Shown here: piece after piece, positions 11,791 to 20,834 of the stretch
Numbering within the stretch: position 1 is the first letter of the stretch
How the letters are laid out: every line of letters starts with the position of its first letter
Source of the DNA: Vulcanimicrobiota bacterium
GTDB lineage: Bacteria; Vulcanimicrobiota; Vulcanimicrobiia; Vulcanimicrobiales; Vulcanimicrobiaceae
Direction: 5' to 3'
NCBI GenBank assembly: GCA_963844705.1
Contig: CAWJPI010000005.1
Location: 136-64,135 of the forward strand
DNA: 64,000 nucleotides
Translations under genes and position numbers: made by a program
The notes under the pieces: model-generated
What the model saw: only the letters and a program-made list of their open reading frames with translations
Databases searched by the model: none
Told to the model about the DNA's origin: nothing

Positions 11791-12494
11791 GGCGTTAGCG
11801 TCACGTACGAGTAGCGATAGACCGATTGCAGCACGGCGAGCGCGGCGACCATCGACGGCACCACGAGCGCTCCGGGGATCAGGTGCGTCAGGATGTCGGC
11901 GGCAACCTCCGCAGCGCTTGCCGAACCTGGTGCGAAGCCGCGCCGCACGATCGAACGAGCCTGTTCCTCGACCGCGGTGTGGCAGGTGAGCACGATCAGG
12001 CCGCGGCGCTGCAGCGTCTGTATCGAGGCGTCCTGGAAGCTGCCGCCGGGATCGTCGGGATCGGCGTTGGGATCAAACGCGGCGCGGGCGGCGAAGTACG
12101 CGTTCGCGGTGGCCGGCGCGCCGGAGGCGTCGTTGATTGCGAACAGCTCGCCGATGCGATACTTCTTCCACACGACGTCGCCGTACGTCAACGCCGCCGA
12201 CGGACCGTGTGCCGCCAGCGCGATCGCGATCGAATCGGCCGGATAGCCGAAACCGAAGCGCAGACCGTTAAACGAATTCTTTGCACTGTCGAGCACGGTG
12301 GCGTGGAATCCCACCGCCTCGTAGACCTGCCGTATCCTCGCCGGGCGGCCGACCGCGGCGGCGAACGCGGCCGCGTCGAAATCGGCGCGTCGCTCGACGA
12401 AATGCGTGCCGCCCGGAATCGCGGCGGCATCGGCCGCAGCGAGCGTGCCCGCTGCCGTCGCCGTTCCGGCGAGAAAGAATCTTCGGTTGACCAC
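11787..12494 (-). CDS. Tat-exported hypothetical protein
   Basis: The GTG at 12494 gives VVNRRFFLAGTATAAGTLAA, a twin-arginine signal. The 235-aa ORF overlaps the cytochrome c start by 4 nt. The longer ORF-track start at 12656 would overlap the divergent gene. Confidence 0.6.
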   Translation of the reverse strand: MVNRRFFLAGTATAAGTLAAADAAAIPGGTHFVERRADFDAAAFAAAVGRPARIRQVYEAVGFHATVLDSAKNSFNGLRFGFGYPADSIAIALAAHGPSAALTYGDVVWKKYRIGELFAINDASGAPATANAYFAARAAFDPNADPDDPGGSFQDASIQTLQRRGLIVLTCHTAVEEQARSIVRRGFAPGSASAAEVAADILTHLIPGALVVPSMVAALAVLQSVYRYSYVTLTP

Positions 12495-12544
12495 GCCCGC
12501 CCTTTCGAGGAGAGATTTGCCGCGTCCGCCAACCACGGCATTCA

Positions 12545-13402
12545 ATGACGTCGCCGGAGATCGATCCGACGCAAGCGGCTTCCCCCGAGTTGAGCCGTCG
12601 CGTGTTCGTCGGGATTTCTGCCGCGGCGCTGAGCGCGCCGGTGGCCGCGCTCGCACAAGACGGCGGCAAGCCGCATCCCCCGCTGGTAAGTGAAGACGAT
12701 CCCGCCATCGTCGTGCGGCGGGTCACGCTCGACCGCCCCGATATCGCGTTGCCCGCCTACTCCGCGCGTCCCAAAGGTGCCGGCGCGGGCACTCCATCGG
12801 TTGTGGTGGTCATGCACGTGTGGGGCGTTGACACGACGATTCGCGACGTCGTGCGCCGCCTAGCCAAGGCGGGCTTTGCCGCGATCGCCCCCGATCTCTA
12901 CGCGCGCTTTAACGCTCCCAGCGGCGACGGCTCGACCGATTACACGATCTTTCGTCCGTACGCGAAGCAACTCGCTCGCGCGCAGTACGGCGGCGATATC
13001 GCGGCGGCCGCGAAATGGTGCGCCACGCAGTTCGGGGGAACGAAGACGGCGGTGATGGGCTTCTGCATGGGCGGCCGGATCGCGCTGTTGGCCTCGATCG
13101 ACGACGCGACGCTCTTCTCCGCGGCGGCGCCCTTCTACGGGCCGCTCGAAGACGTTGACCCTGCGAAGATGAGCGTGCCCGTCTGCGGCAGCTACGGCGC
13201 GCGCGACACCGGCATCCCCGCGCAGAGCGTGCGCGAATTCGCGGCGGCGCTCAAAGTGCCCAACGATTTCAAAATCTACGACGACGCGGGACACGCGTTC
13301 TGCGACGACCAGCGTCCCTCGTACTTGGCGCCGGCCTGCGCCGACGCGTGGGAGCGCGCGCTCGCGTTCTTCGGCAAGTATCTGCGCCCGGGTGGCGATT
13401 GA
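12545..13402 (+). CDS. dienelactone hydrolase family protein with Tat-type signal
   Basis: The 285-aa ORF has SRRVFVGISAAALSAPVAALA at the N-terminus and the nucleophile elbow GFCMGG typical of DLH-family hydrolases. Confidence 0.8.
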   Translation: MTSPEIDPTQAASPELSRRVFVGISAAALSAPVAALAQDGGKPHPPLVSEDDPAIVVRRVTLDRPDIALPAYSARPKGAGAGTPSVVVVMHVWGVDTTIRDVVRRLAKAGFAAIAPDLYARFNAPSGDGSTDYTIFRPYAKQLARAQYGGDIAAAAKWCATQFGGTKTAVMGFCMGGRIALLASIDDATLFSAAAPFYGPLEDVDPAKMSVPVCGSYGARDTGIPAQSVREFAAALKVPNDFKIYDDAGHAFCDDQRPSYLAPACADAWERALAFFGKYLRPGGD

Positions 13403-14622
13403 TGGCGCTGCAGGCCCTGGCGCTCTTCCTCGCCGGCGCGGGCGCCGGCGCGCTGATCGTGTGGCTGGCGTCGCGGGCCGAGAGCGCCGCGCTGCGCGCC
13501 ACGCTGGCGCAGTCTGCGCAGACCGGCGAAAAGGCCATCGAAGCGCTGCTCGAACGCGCCAAGAACGAGTTGCGGGAAGCGACGGCGATGCGTGCCAGCG
13601 AGCGCGTGGGCGAACTGGTGTCGCCGGTGACGCAGAAGCTCGGCGAGTTCGACCGTCTGCTCACCGAGATCGAGGCGACGCGCCGCCAGGAGGCGGGGAG
13701 CCTGCGCGAACAGATCGATCAGCTGCTGGGGCGCACCGACAAGCTGCAGAGCGCGACCTCGCACCTGAGCACGCAGACGTCCACGCTCGTCACCGCGCTG
13801 CGTAATCCGGCGTCGCGCGGCAAGTGGGGCGAGATGCAGCTGCGCAACGTGGTCGAGAAGGCGGGCATGCTTCAGTTCTGCGATTTCTCCGAGCAGCAGA
13901 CCGTCGCGCTGGAGGAAGCGCGCGTGCGCCCCGACATGACGGTGAACCTGCCCGGCGACCGCTTCGTCTTCGTTGACGCGAAGGCGCCGATCGATGCGAT
14001 GCAGGCCGCGCTCGAAGCCTCCGACGACGACGCGCGCAAGCTGCTGCTGCGGGCACACGCCCGTGCGTTGCGCGACCACGTCGACGCGCTCGCCCGACGC
14101 GGCTATCAGAACGCCAAAGGCTCCGCCGATTACGTGGTGATGTTCGTGGCCGGCGAAGCCTTCCTTAGCTCGGCGTGCAGCGAGGATCCCTCGTTGATCG
14201 AGTACGCGCTCGACAAAGGCGTTCTGGTTACCGGCCCGCTCATCCTGATCAGCCTACTGCGCACGTTTGCGATGGGCTGGCAGGCGCTGCGCCAGGAAGA
14301 GAACGCCAAGCGCATCGCCAGCATCGGCCGCGTGCTCTACGAGCGCGCGCTCAAGTTTTCAGAGCACCTGCTCGACGTGCGCAAGCATCTCGAACGATCG
14401 GTCAACGCGTTCAACGGTGCCGTCGGCTCGTACGAGACCAAGCTTCTGCCCCAAGGCCGCAAGCTCAAAGACGAGGCCTCGCTCGTAGCCGACGAACTCG
14501 ACGAGATCCCGCCGATCGACGTCGTCCCGCGCGCTCCAACCTCACTAGACGCCGGCACCGCGAGCAAACGCCTCCCGCGCTCGCAGCAACTCTTCCTAAA
14601 CGACGACGCCGACGCCGTTTAA
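13402..14622 (+). CDS. rmuC: DNA recombination protein RmuC
   Basis: The ATG at 13402 overlaps the upstream stop as TGATG. An N-terminal transmembrane helix and coiled coil are followed by the RmuC core (LRNPASRGKWGEMQLRNVVE...YVVMFVAGEAF). Confidence 0.85.
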   Translation: MALQALALFLAGAGAGALIVWLASRAESAALRATLAQSAQTGEKAIEALLERAKNELREATAMRASERVGELVSPVTQKLGEFDRLLTEIEATRRQEAGSLREQIDQLLGRTDKLQSATSHLSTQTSTLVTALRNPASRGKWGEMQLRNVVEKAGMLQFCDFSEQQTVALEEARVRPDMTVNLPGDRFVFVDAKAPIDAMQAALEASDDDARKLLLRAHARALRDHVDALARRGYQNAKGSADYVVMFVAGEAFLSSACSEDPSLIEYALDKGVLVTGPLILISLLRTFAMGWQALRQEENAKRIASIGRVLYERALKFSEHLLDVRKHLERSVNAFNGAVGSYETKLLPQGRKLKDEASLVADELDEIPPIDVVPRAPTSLDAGTASKRLPRSQQLFLNDDADAV

Positions 14623-14642
14623 AAAAACCGGATATCCTCAAG

Positions 14643-14703
14643 CCAGATTCAAGCGTTGCCAGATCAAGCTTTGCTAGATCAACCTTTGCTAGATCAAGCC
14701 TTG
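14643..14703. repeat. four tandem 15-16-nt direct repeats, consensus CYAGATCAASCYTTG
   Basis: The units lie at 14643-14658, 14659-14673, 14674-14688 and 14689-14703, in the comparatively A+T-rich rmuC/peroxiredoxin intergenic region. Three units contain GATC. Confidence 0.75.
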
Positions 14704-14807
14704 ATGGAAGCCCTGATTTAGTCCAGATTGAGGAGCCGAGGCCCGAAGTTTACTAATCGTAATCGAGGGCCGAGGCGACGAAGAGCTGGGCTAAATGAGG
14801 GCCTCCC

Positions 14808-15362
14808 TCACGGCGTTCCGCCGCCGTCGCGGTCGGCTTGCCACGCTCGCAGCGCGGTTAGCGTGTTCTGCACGTGCAGCGACGGATCGAGACTCGTGTA
14901 CTCGTAGACGATCGTGCCGTCGGGAGCGATCACGTAGGACGTGCGATTAGCGTACTGCGGATGCTGCGTCAGCACCGCATCGTACTCTTTCATCACCGTC
15001 TGGTCGGTGTCGGCTGCCACCGCGAACTTGCTGCGGCACTCGCTCACCGAGAACTTCTGGAGCTTGTCGATGGGGTCGTGGGAGACGCCGATCACCGTGG
15101 CGCCCAGCGCGGTGTATTGATCGATTGCCTCGGCGAAGTCGTGGGCCTCGATCGTGCAGCCCGTCGTGAAGGCGGCGGGGTAGAAGTAGAGCACGACGGG
15201 GCCCTTCTTGAGCGCGTCGGCAAGGATGAAGGTGTAGACGTTGCCACCCTTGGTTGCCTGTAACGTGAACTGCGGCGCCTTCGCGCCGATCGTGAGTGCG
15301 GCCAAGGCGGGCGCCGTCATCGCGAGCGCGAGCGCCAAAAGCGGAAGAAGACGAAATTTCAT
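14808..15362 (-). CDS. secreted peroxiredoxin (AhpC/TSA, BCP/PrxQ-like)
   Basis: The ATG at 15362 has AAAGGA upstream. The signal peptide is MKFRLLPLLALALAMTAPALA, and the peroxidatic Cys context is FYPAAFTTGCTIEAHDF. Confidence 0.85.
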   Translation of the reverse strand: MKFRLLPLLALALAMTAPALAALTIGAKAPQFTLQATKGGNVYTFILADALKKGPVVLYFYPAAFTTGCTIEAHDFAEAIDQYTALGATVIGVSHDPIDKLQKFSVSECRSKFAVAADTDQTVMKEYDAVLTQHPQYANRTSYVIAPDGTIVYEYTSLDPSLHVQNTLTALRAWQADRDGGGTP

Positions 15363-15404
15363 ACGGACCATCCTTTCGAGCTCCACCATTTTACCGGCGA
15401 AAGA

Positions 15405-16553
15405 TTAAAGCCCCATCAAGCGAGCGAGAACCAGCCGCTGCACCTCGTTGGTGCCCTCGCCGATCTCGTTGATCTTTTGATCGCGATACATTCGCGAGAT
15501 CGGGTACTCGTCCATGAACCCGTAGCCGCCGTGGATCTGCAGCGCTTCGTTGACCACGCGGTGCGACAGCTCGCCGGCAAACAGCTTGGCGAAGCTGGCG
15601 GCCCGAACGTAGTCGCGCCCTTGGTCCTTCTCCCACGCGGCGCGCAGCATCATCAGCTTGGCATGCTCGATCTCGGTGAGCATGTCGACGAGCTTGAACG
15701 AGATCGCCTGAAACTTGCTGATCGGCTTGCCAAATGCGTGACGCTCCTTCGAATAGGCGAGCGCCTCGTCGTACGCCCCCATCGCCAGGCCGATCGAGAG
15801 CGCGGCCACCGAGATGCGCCCGCCATCGAGGATCGAGAGGAACTGCCGATAGCCCTCGCCTCGGGCTCCGAGCAGGTTCTCCTCAGGCACCACGGCGTCG
15901 GCGAAGGAGAGTTCGCGCGTGTCCGACGCGCGCCAGCCCATCTTGCGGTACTTTCGGCTGCGCGTGAACCCCGGCGTGTCTTGAGGAACGATGATGTTGG
16001 ATATCTCGCGCGAGCCGTCGTGGCGCCGTCCCGTCACCGCGGTGATCGTCGTGCCGCCGCTGATGTCGGTGCCCGAGTTCGTAATGAACGCCTTGGTGCC
16101 GTTAATCGTCCACTTCCCGTCGTGCAGCTCGGCCTTGGTCTGCACGTTGCCCGCGTCGCTTCCCGCGTTGGGCTCGGTGAGGCCGAAGCCCCAGAGTATC
16201 TCGCCCTGCGCGAGCGGCACCAGGTACTTCTCTTTCTGGGCCTCGGTACCGAAAAGGTAGAACGGCGTCGCACCGAGCGAGGTGTGCGCGGCCATCGTGA
16301 TCGCCGTCGATGCGTCGGCGCGCGCGATCTCCATCACCGCCAGCGCGTAGCTCACCGTGTCGCCTCCGACGCCGCCGTACTTCTCAGGAAACGGCAGTCC
16401 CATGAAGCCGAGCTCGGCCATCTTCGCGACCAAGTCGTACGGAAAGCGCTCCTCGCGATCCATCTCCTCGGCGCGCGGGCGCACCTCGTCCTGCGCGAAC
16501 TCGCGCGCGAGGCTCTGGATCGCCTTTTGCTCGTCGGTTAAATCGAAGTCCAT
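15405..16553 (-). CDS. acyl-CoA dehydrogenase (short/medium-chain type)
   Basis: The 382-aa ORF shows typical ACAD blocks: GLTEPNAGSD, KAFITNSG, and the C-terminal QIHGGYGFMDEYPISRMYRDQKINEIGEGTNEVQR. Confidence 0.9.
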   Translation of the reverse strand: MDFDLTDEQKAIQSLAREFAQDEVRPRAEEMDREERFPYDLVAKMAELGFMGLPFPEKYGGVGGDTVSYALAVMEIARADASTAITMAAHTSLGATPFYLFGTEAQKEKYLVPLAQGEILWGFGLTEPNAGSDAGNVQTKAELHDGKWTINGTKAFITNSGTDISGGTTITAVTGRRHDGSREISNIIVPQDTPGFTRSRKYRKMGWRASDTRELSFADAVVPEENLLGARGEGYRQFLSILDGGRISVAALSIGLAMGAYDEALAYSKERHAFGKPISKFQAISFKLVDMLTEIEHAKLMMLRAAWEKDQGRDYVRAASFAKLFAGELSHRVVNEALQIHGGYGFMDEYPISRMYRDQKINEIGEGTNEVQRLVLARLMGL

Positions 16554-16598
16554 GCCGAAGGTATAGGCCCCACCTTGCGAAAAACTCCTCCGTCAGCG

Positions 16599-17309
16599 AT
16601 GATCTCCCTCCGCGGCGTTTCGCTCGTCTATCCTAACGGCGTGCGCGCCCTCGACAACGTGAGCCTCGAGATCGCCAAGGGTGACTTCGTATTCCTCGTC
16701 GGTCACTCCGGAACGGGCAAATCGAGCCTCCTGCGCCTCCTCTATCGCGAGGCCAATGCCACCAGCGGCGAGATAACCGTCGACGGCATTCGCGTCGACC
16801 GCCTGCGCCGCAACCGCATTCCCGCGTTACGCCGACATCTCGGCGTCGTCTTTCAAGATTTCAAGCTGCTCACCGACAAGACGGTCTGGGAGAACGTCGC
16901 GTTCGCGATGCAGGTAACCGGCGCGCACACGCGCGACGTGATGCGCCAGGTGCCGCGCGTGCTCGATCTCGTCGGCCTCGCCCATAAGAGCCGCATGTAT
17001 CCCAGCGAACTCTCCGGCGGCGAACAGCAGCGCACCGCGATCGCCCGCGCGCTGGTCAACAATCCGAAGATTCTGCTCTGCGACGAACCCACCGGGAATC
17101 TCGATCCGGCCAACACCACCGAGATCACCGCACTGCTGCAGCGCATCAACCTCAAGGGAACGACCGTCGTGGTCGCGACGCACAATCAGGCCGTCGTCGA
17201 CCGGATGCGCCGCCGCGTCGTGCGCCTCGACGACGGCCGCATCACCACCGATGAAGAACGGGGCTACTATTATCTTGGACTCGGGCAAGATCAGATTCTT
17301 TCTGGGTGA
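16599..17309 (+). CDS. ftsE: cell division ATP-binding protein FtsE
   Basis: It has Walker A GHSGTGKSS, the ABC signature LSGGEQQR and Walker B ILLCDEPTGNLD. I prefer the ATG at 16599 over the in-frame TTG at 16575. The 3-prime end overlaps ftsX by about 59 nt as read. Confidence 0.85.
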   Translation: MISLRGVSLVYPNGVRALDNVSLEIAKGDFVFLVGHSGTGKSSLLRLLYREANATSGEITVDGIRVDRLRRNRIPALRRHLGVVFQDFKLLTDKTVWENVAFAMQVTGAHTRDVMRQVPRVLDLVGLAHKSRMYPSELSGGEQQRTAIARALVNNPKILLCDEPTGNLDPANTTEITALLQRINLKGTTVVVATHNQAVVDRMRRRVVRLDDGRITTDEERGYYYLGLGQDQILSG

Positions 17310-18156
17310 GGTGCTGCGCAACTTTTCGCGCAACACCGGCATGCAGATCACCGCAATCGGCACCGTCGCCATCACCATCGTCTTGCTCGGGCTCTTCCTG
17401 TTCGTGCGCGCCGCCCTCGCCGATGTCGGCGCGCGGCTGCTCGACCAGATCGAGATCTCGGCCTATCTGCGCGCCGACGTAACTCCCTCTGGGACCGCGG
17501 CGATCGGCCGTTATCTGGCGATGGACCCACGCGTCGCATCGGCGCACTTCGTTCCCAAGCGCGAAGGCCTGGCGGAGCTTCGCTCCCAGACGCGCGGCGC
17601 GATCGACACCGCGCTGCTCACCGAGAACCCGCTGCCCGACAAGTTCCGCATCAAGGTGCGCGTTCCCGAAGAGGTGGGGGCGGTCGCCGCGACGGTGACG
17701 CGCCTCTCGGGCGTCGATAAAGTGGTGTACGGACAGAAGATCGTGCAGCGCTTGCTCCAACTGGGAGCCGTGCTGCGCCGCGTCGGCATCGGCGTGATCG
17801 TCGTCTTCTTCGTCGTGGCCGGCGTCATCATTTCGAACACGATCCGGCTTACCGTCTTCGCGCGCCGCCGCGAGATCGCGATCATGCAGCTCGTGGGCGC
17901 CACCAACACGTATATCCGCCTGCCCTTCATCTGCGAAGGTCTCCTCGCGGGCGTGCTGGGCGCTCTGCTGGCGGTGGGGATACTCGCGATCGCGCGAGTG
18001 GAACTGTGGCCGCGGCTGCTCGAAGCGCTGCCGTGGATCGCACTGGGTGCCTCGCCGGTCGACGCGCGGCTGCTCGCGCCCGAGCTGCTGGCCGTGGGCG
18101 CGGCGATCGGCGCGATCGCGTCGTGGCTCTCCGTGGGCCGGCACCTGCGCACGTAG
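17251..18156 (+). CDS. ftsX: cell division permease-like protein FtsX
   Basis: The 301-aa ORF begins with an FLGEVLRNFSRN type N-terminus, has four hydrophobic segments, and lies downstream of ftsE. Confidence 0.85.
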   Translation: MKNGATIILDSGKIRFFLGEVLRNFSRNTGMQITAIGTVAITIVLLGLFLFVRAALADVGARLLDQIEISAYLRADVTPSGTAAIGRYLAMDPRVASAHFVPKREGLAELRSQTRGAIDTALLTENPLPDKFRIKVRVPEEVGAVAATVTRLSGVDKVVYGQKIVQRLLQLGAVLRRVGIGVIVVFFVVAGVIISNTIRLTVFARRREIAIMQLVGATNTYIRLPFICEGLLAGVLGALLAVGILAIARVELWPRLLEALPWIALGASPVDARLLAPELLAVGAAIGAIASWLSVGRHLRT

Positions 18157-18164
18157 GAACTTCT

Positions 18165-19349
18165 TTGAAACCGCGCGCGTTCGCCGCCTGGTCGCTGCTC
18201 GCCGCCTTCCTGCCGGCGATGGCCGGAGCCACCGGCCCGACCTTGCAGCAACGCATCAGCGCCGAGCGCGCCAAAGCGCAGAGCTTGCAGTCCCAGCTGC
18301 ACGTCAAACGCGCCGAACTGCACTCCGTCACGCTGCGCTACAACGACCTGCAGAACCAGCTCGCAGAGACGAACGCCGCGATCGGCCAAGTGAACGATCG
18401 CCTCGACTCACTCGCGTCGCAGCAAGACTCGACGCAGCGCCGGCTCGACTGGAACACCACGCAGCTCGATGCAGCCCGCCGCTCCCTGAAGCTGCACGAC
18501 GAGCTCCTCAAACGCCGCCTCGTCGATATCTACGAGTATGGGAATCTCAGCTACGTCAACGCGCTGATCGCGTCGCGCTCGTTCAGCGAGTTCGTCGAGC
18601 GCTGGGAGGACATGCGCCTGCTCATCGCCGCCAACGAACGCGCGGTGAGGGCGCGAAAGGCTGCCGAGCGGCGCGTGGCGACGATCGAAGCGGCGCTGGA
18701 GCGCGCGGCGATGGAACTGCAGCAGGAGCAGCAGGCGCAGCAGGAGGCGCGCAGCCAGCTCGGATCGCTGGCCGGCGAACGCCGCAACCTCGTCGAGCTG
18801 GCCGCCGTGCGCCGCCGCAGCGTCGCCACGCAAGTCGCGCAGATGGAGGACCTCTCCGCGGCCGAAGAAGCCTCGCTCGAAGCATTGATCCAGGAGCGCG
18901 AACGCGAGCTGGCGGCGCAGCAGAAGGCCGCCGGCATCGCCGGCGTCGAGAGTCAGGGCGCCTCGGGGATGTTCTCCTGGCCCGTGACGGGGACGATCAC
19001 CTCGCCCTTCGGCTGGCGCAGCAACCCGTTCGGCGGGGCCCCGGAGTTCCACCAGGGGCTCGACATCGCCGCCCCGAGCGGCACGACGGTCACGGCCGCG
19101 GCGGGCGGCACCATCATCATGGCGCAGTGGTACGGCGGCTATGGCAACTATATCCTCATCGACCATGGCGGCGGCTACTCCACCGGCTACGGCCACCTCT
19201 CGGCCATCTACGTCTCGGTGGGGCAGAGCGTGCAGCGCGGCCAGGCGATCGGCGCGGTCGGGTCGACCGGTCAGTCGACCGGCCCTCACTTGCACTTTGA
19301 GGTTCGGATTGCAGGCAAACCCGTTGACCCGGCGCCCCGGCTGCATTAA
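18165..19349 (+). CDS. M23 family peptidase with N-terminal coiled coil (EnvC-like)
   Basis: The TTG at 18165 gives a signal-like N-terminus (KPRAFAAWSLLAAFLPAMAGA). A long coiled coil follows. The C-terminal LytM domain carries HQGLDIAAPSGT and GSTGQSTGPHLHFEV. Confidence 0.85.
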   Translation: MKPRAFAAWSLLAAFLPAMAGATGPTLQQRISAERAKAQSLQSQLHVKRAELHSVTLRYNDLQNQLAETNAAIGQVNDRLDSLASQQDSTQRRLDWNTTQLDAARRSLKLHDELLKRRLVDIYEYGNLSYVNALIASRSFSEFVERWEDMRLLIAANERAVRARKAAERRVATIEAALERAAMELQQEQQAQQEARSQLGSLAGERRNLVELAAVRRRSVATQVAQMEDLSAAEEASLEALIQERERELAAQQKAAGIAGVESQGASGMFSWPVTGTITSPFGWRSNPFGGAPEFHQGLDIAAPSGTTVTAAAGGTIIMAQWYGGYGNYILIDHGGGYSTGYGHLSAIYVSVGQSVQRGQAIGAVGSTGQSTGPHLHFEVRIAGKPVDPAPRLH

Positions 19350-19417
19350 GACTTAGCGAGTATCCTTCGCCAAAGAGAAACTCCCAGCTGGTCGATCCGG
19401 GTAATGATAGAGAACCG

Positions 19418-20833
19418 ATGAGCCCTTTCACACGCCTTTTCATCACTGCGCTCCTCGTCGTGGCCGTCGCGGCCGCCGGTGCCGTTTTCATCGGCTACCG
19501 CACGGGGTTGATCGCGCAGCAATCCGTGCTCGAGGTCGCCAGCACCGGCGATCTGCGCGGCCTCTTCCCAACGCACGATACGCCGGGTTCCGAAATGGCC
19601 GACGTTACGCTGCGCCGCCTCGAGAGCGTCTACTACAAGCCGATCTCGCCGCAGACGCCGCTCGCCGGCGAGTCGAGTGCGCTCAAAGAGTATCTCAGCT
19701 CGAAAAAGGTGCCGCACGTGTCGCTGCCCGCCGAGCCGGCCGGCGGCGATCCCGTGCAAGACGGAGAACGCGCGGCGCAGCTGCTGGCTTACGCGCAGCA
19801 GCACTACTCCGACTCGCTGGCCAGCGCGAGCGCCGGCGACGATCTCACCGACGCCGCGTTGCGCGGGATCATGAACTCGGTGCACGATCCCTATACCGTC
19901 TATCTCTCGCCGCGCGAAGATCGGGGGCTCAACGAGTCGCTCTCCGGGGGCAACTTCGGCGGCATCGGCGTCTACATTTTCCAGTTGCGTGACGGCCGCA
20001 TCGTCGTGCAGCCGATCGTAACGATGCCCGCAGCCCGGGCGGGAATGAAAGCCGGCGAGATCGTCGACAGCGTTAACGGCCGGCCGGTAAAGGGCATGCT
20101 GCTCGACAAAGTCGAGGGGCTGATTCGCGGTCCGTCGGGAACAACCGTGCACCTCCGCGCGCATCCGTATTCTTCGCCGGCTGCCGAGAAGAGCTATGCA
20201 GTCGTCCGCGAGATCATCCACGTGCCGACGGTGCAGGCTAAGATGGAAGACGGCTTCGATTACATCCGCCTCTCCGATTTCGGCACGACCTCGGGTGACG
20301 AGGTGCGCAAAGCGCTGCTCGACGGCAAAGCTAAAGGCGCGCGAGGCTACATACTCGATCTGCGCGACAACGGCGGCGGCCTGCTCGATGCCGCGGTCGC
20401 GATCTCGAGTCTCTTCGTTCCGCAGGGTACGATCGTCTCGACGATCCGCCGCGACGGTAGCCGCACCACCGACACCGCTCTCGGCGACGCGATCGGCGGC
20501 CTGCAGCCGCTCGTGATTCTGGTAAACAAGTATACCGCGAGCGCTTCGGAGATCACCTCCGGCGCGCTGCAGGATTACCACCTCGCGACGCTGATCGGCA
20601 CGCGCACCTTCGGCAAGGGCGTCGTGCAGAGCATCTTCCCCTTCGAAGACCAGCTGGGCGCCTTGAAGATCACCACCGCGCGCTACCTCACGCCGGCCGG
20701 CCGCGACATCCAGCACCACGGCATCGAGCCCAACGTCACGGTAGAACAGGATCCCAACCCGTCGCTGATCGATACCCCGGCCGACAAGCAGCTCGCCGCC
20801 GCGAAGGCACGCTTGCGCTCGCAGTTACGCTGA
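19418..20833 (+). CDS. S41 family C-terminal processing peptidase (copy 1)
   Basis: The 471-aa ORF has an N-terminal transmembrane segment, a PDZ region (PMPAARAGMKAGEIV), LDLRDNGGG, and the catalytic-serine context ASASEITSGALQD with GTRTFGKG. Confidence 0.85.
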   Translation: MSPFTRLFITALLVVAVAAAGAVFIGYRTGLIAQQSVLEVASTGDLRGLFPTHDTPGSEMADVTLRRLESVYYKPISPQTPLAGESSALKEYLSSKKVPHVSLPAEPAGGDPVQDGERAAQLLAYAQQHYSDSLASASAGDDLTDAALRGIMNSVHDPYTVYLSPREDRGLNESLSGGNFGGIGVYIFQLRDGRIVVQPIVTMPAARAGMKAGEIVDSVNGRPVKGMLLDKVEGLIRGPSGTTVHLRAHPYSSPAAEKSYAVVREIIHVPTVQAKMEDGFDYIRLSDFGTTSGDEVRKALLDGKAKGARGYILDLRDNGGGLLDAAVAISSLFVPQGTIVSTIRRDGSRTTDTALGDAIGGLQPLVILVNKYTASASEITSGALQDYHLATLIGTRTFGKGVVQSIFPFEDQLGALKITTARYLTPAGRDIQHHGIEPNVTVEQDPNPSLIDTPADKQLAAAKARLRSQLR

Positions 20834-20834
20834 A

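Noticed and set aside
12495-12656. Longer N-terminus for the Tat-exported protein (ORF-track start at 12656).
   Set aside because: The extension is Arg/Ser/Pro-rich and overlaps the divergent dienelactone hydrolase gene. The internal GTG at 12494 puts the twin-arginine motif at the expected distance from the start.
14643-14703. Possible CRISPR array.
   Set aside because: The units are 15-16 nt, directly abutting with no spacers, and there are only four copies. No cas genes are in the window.
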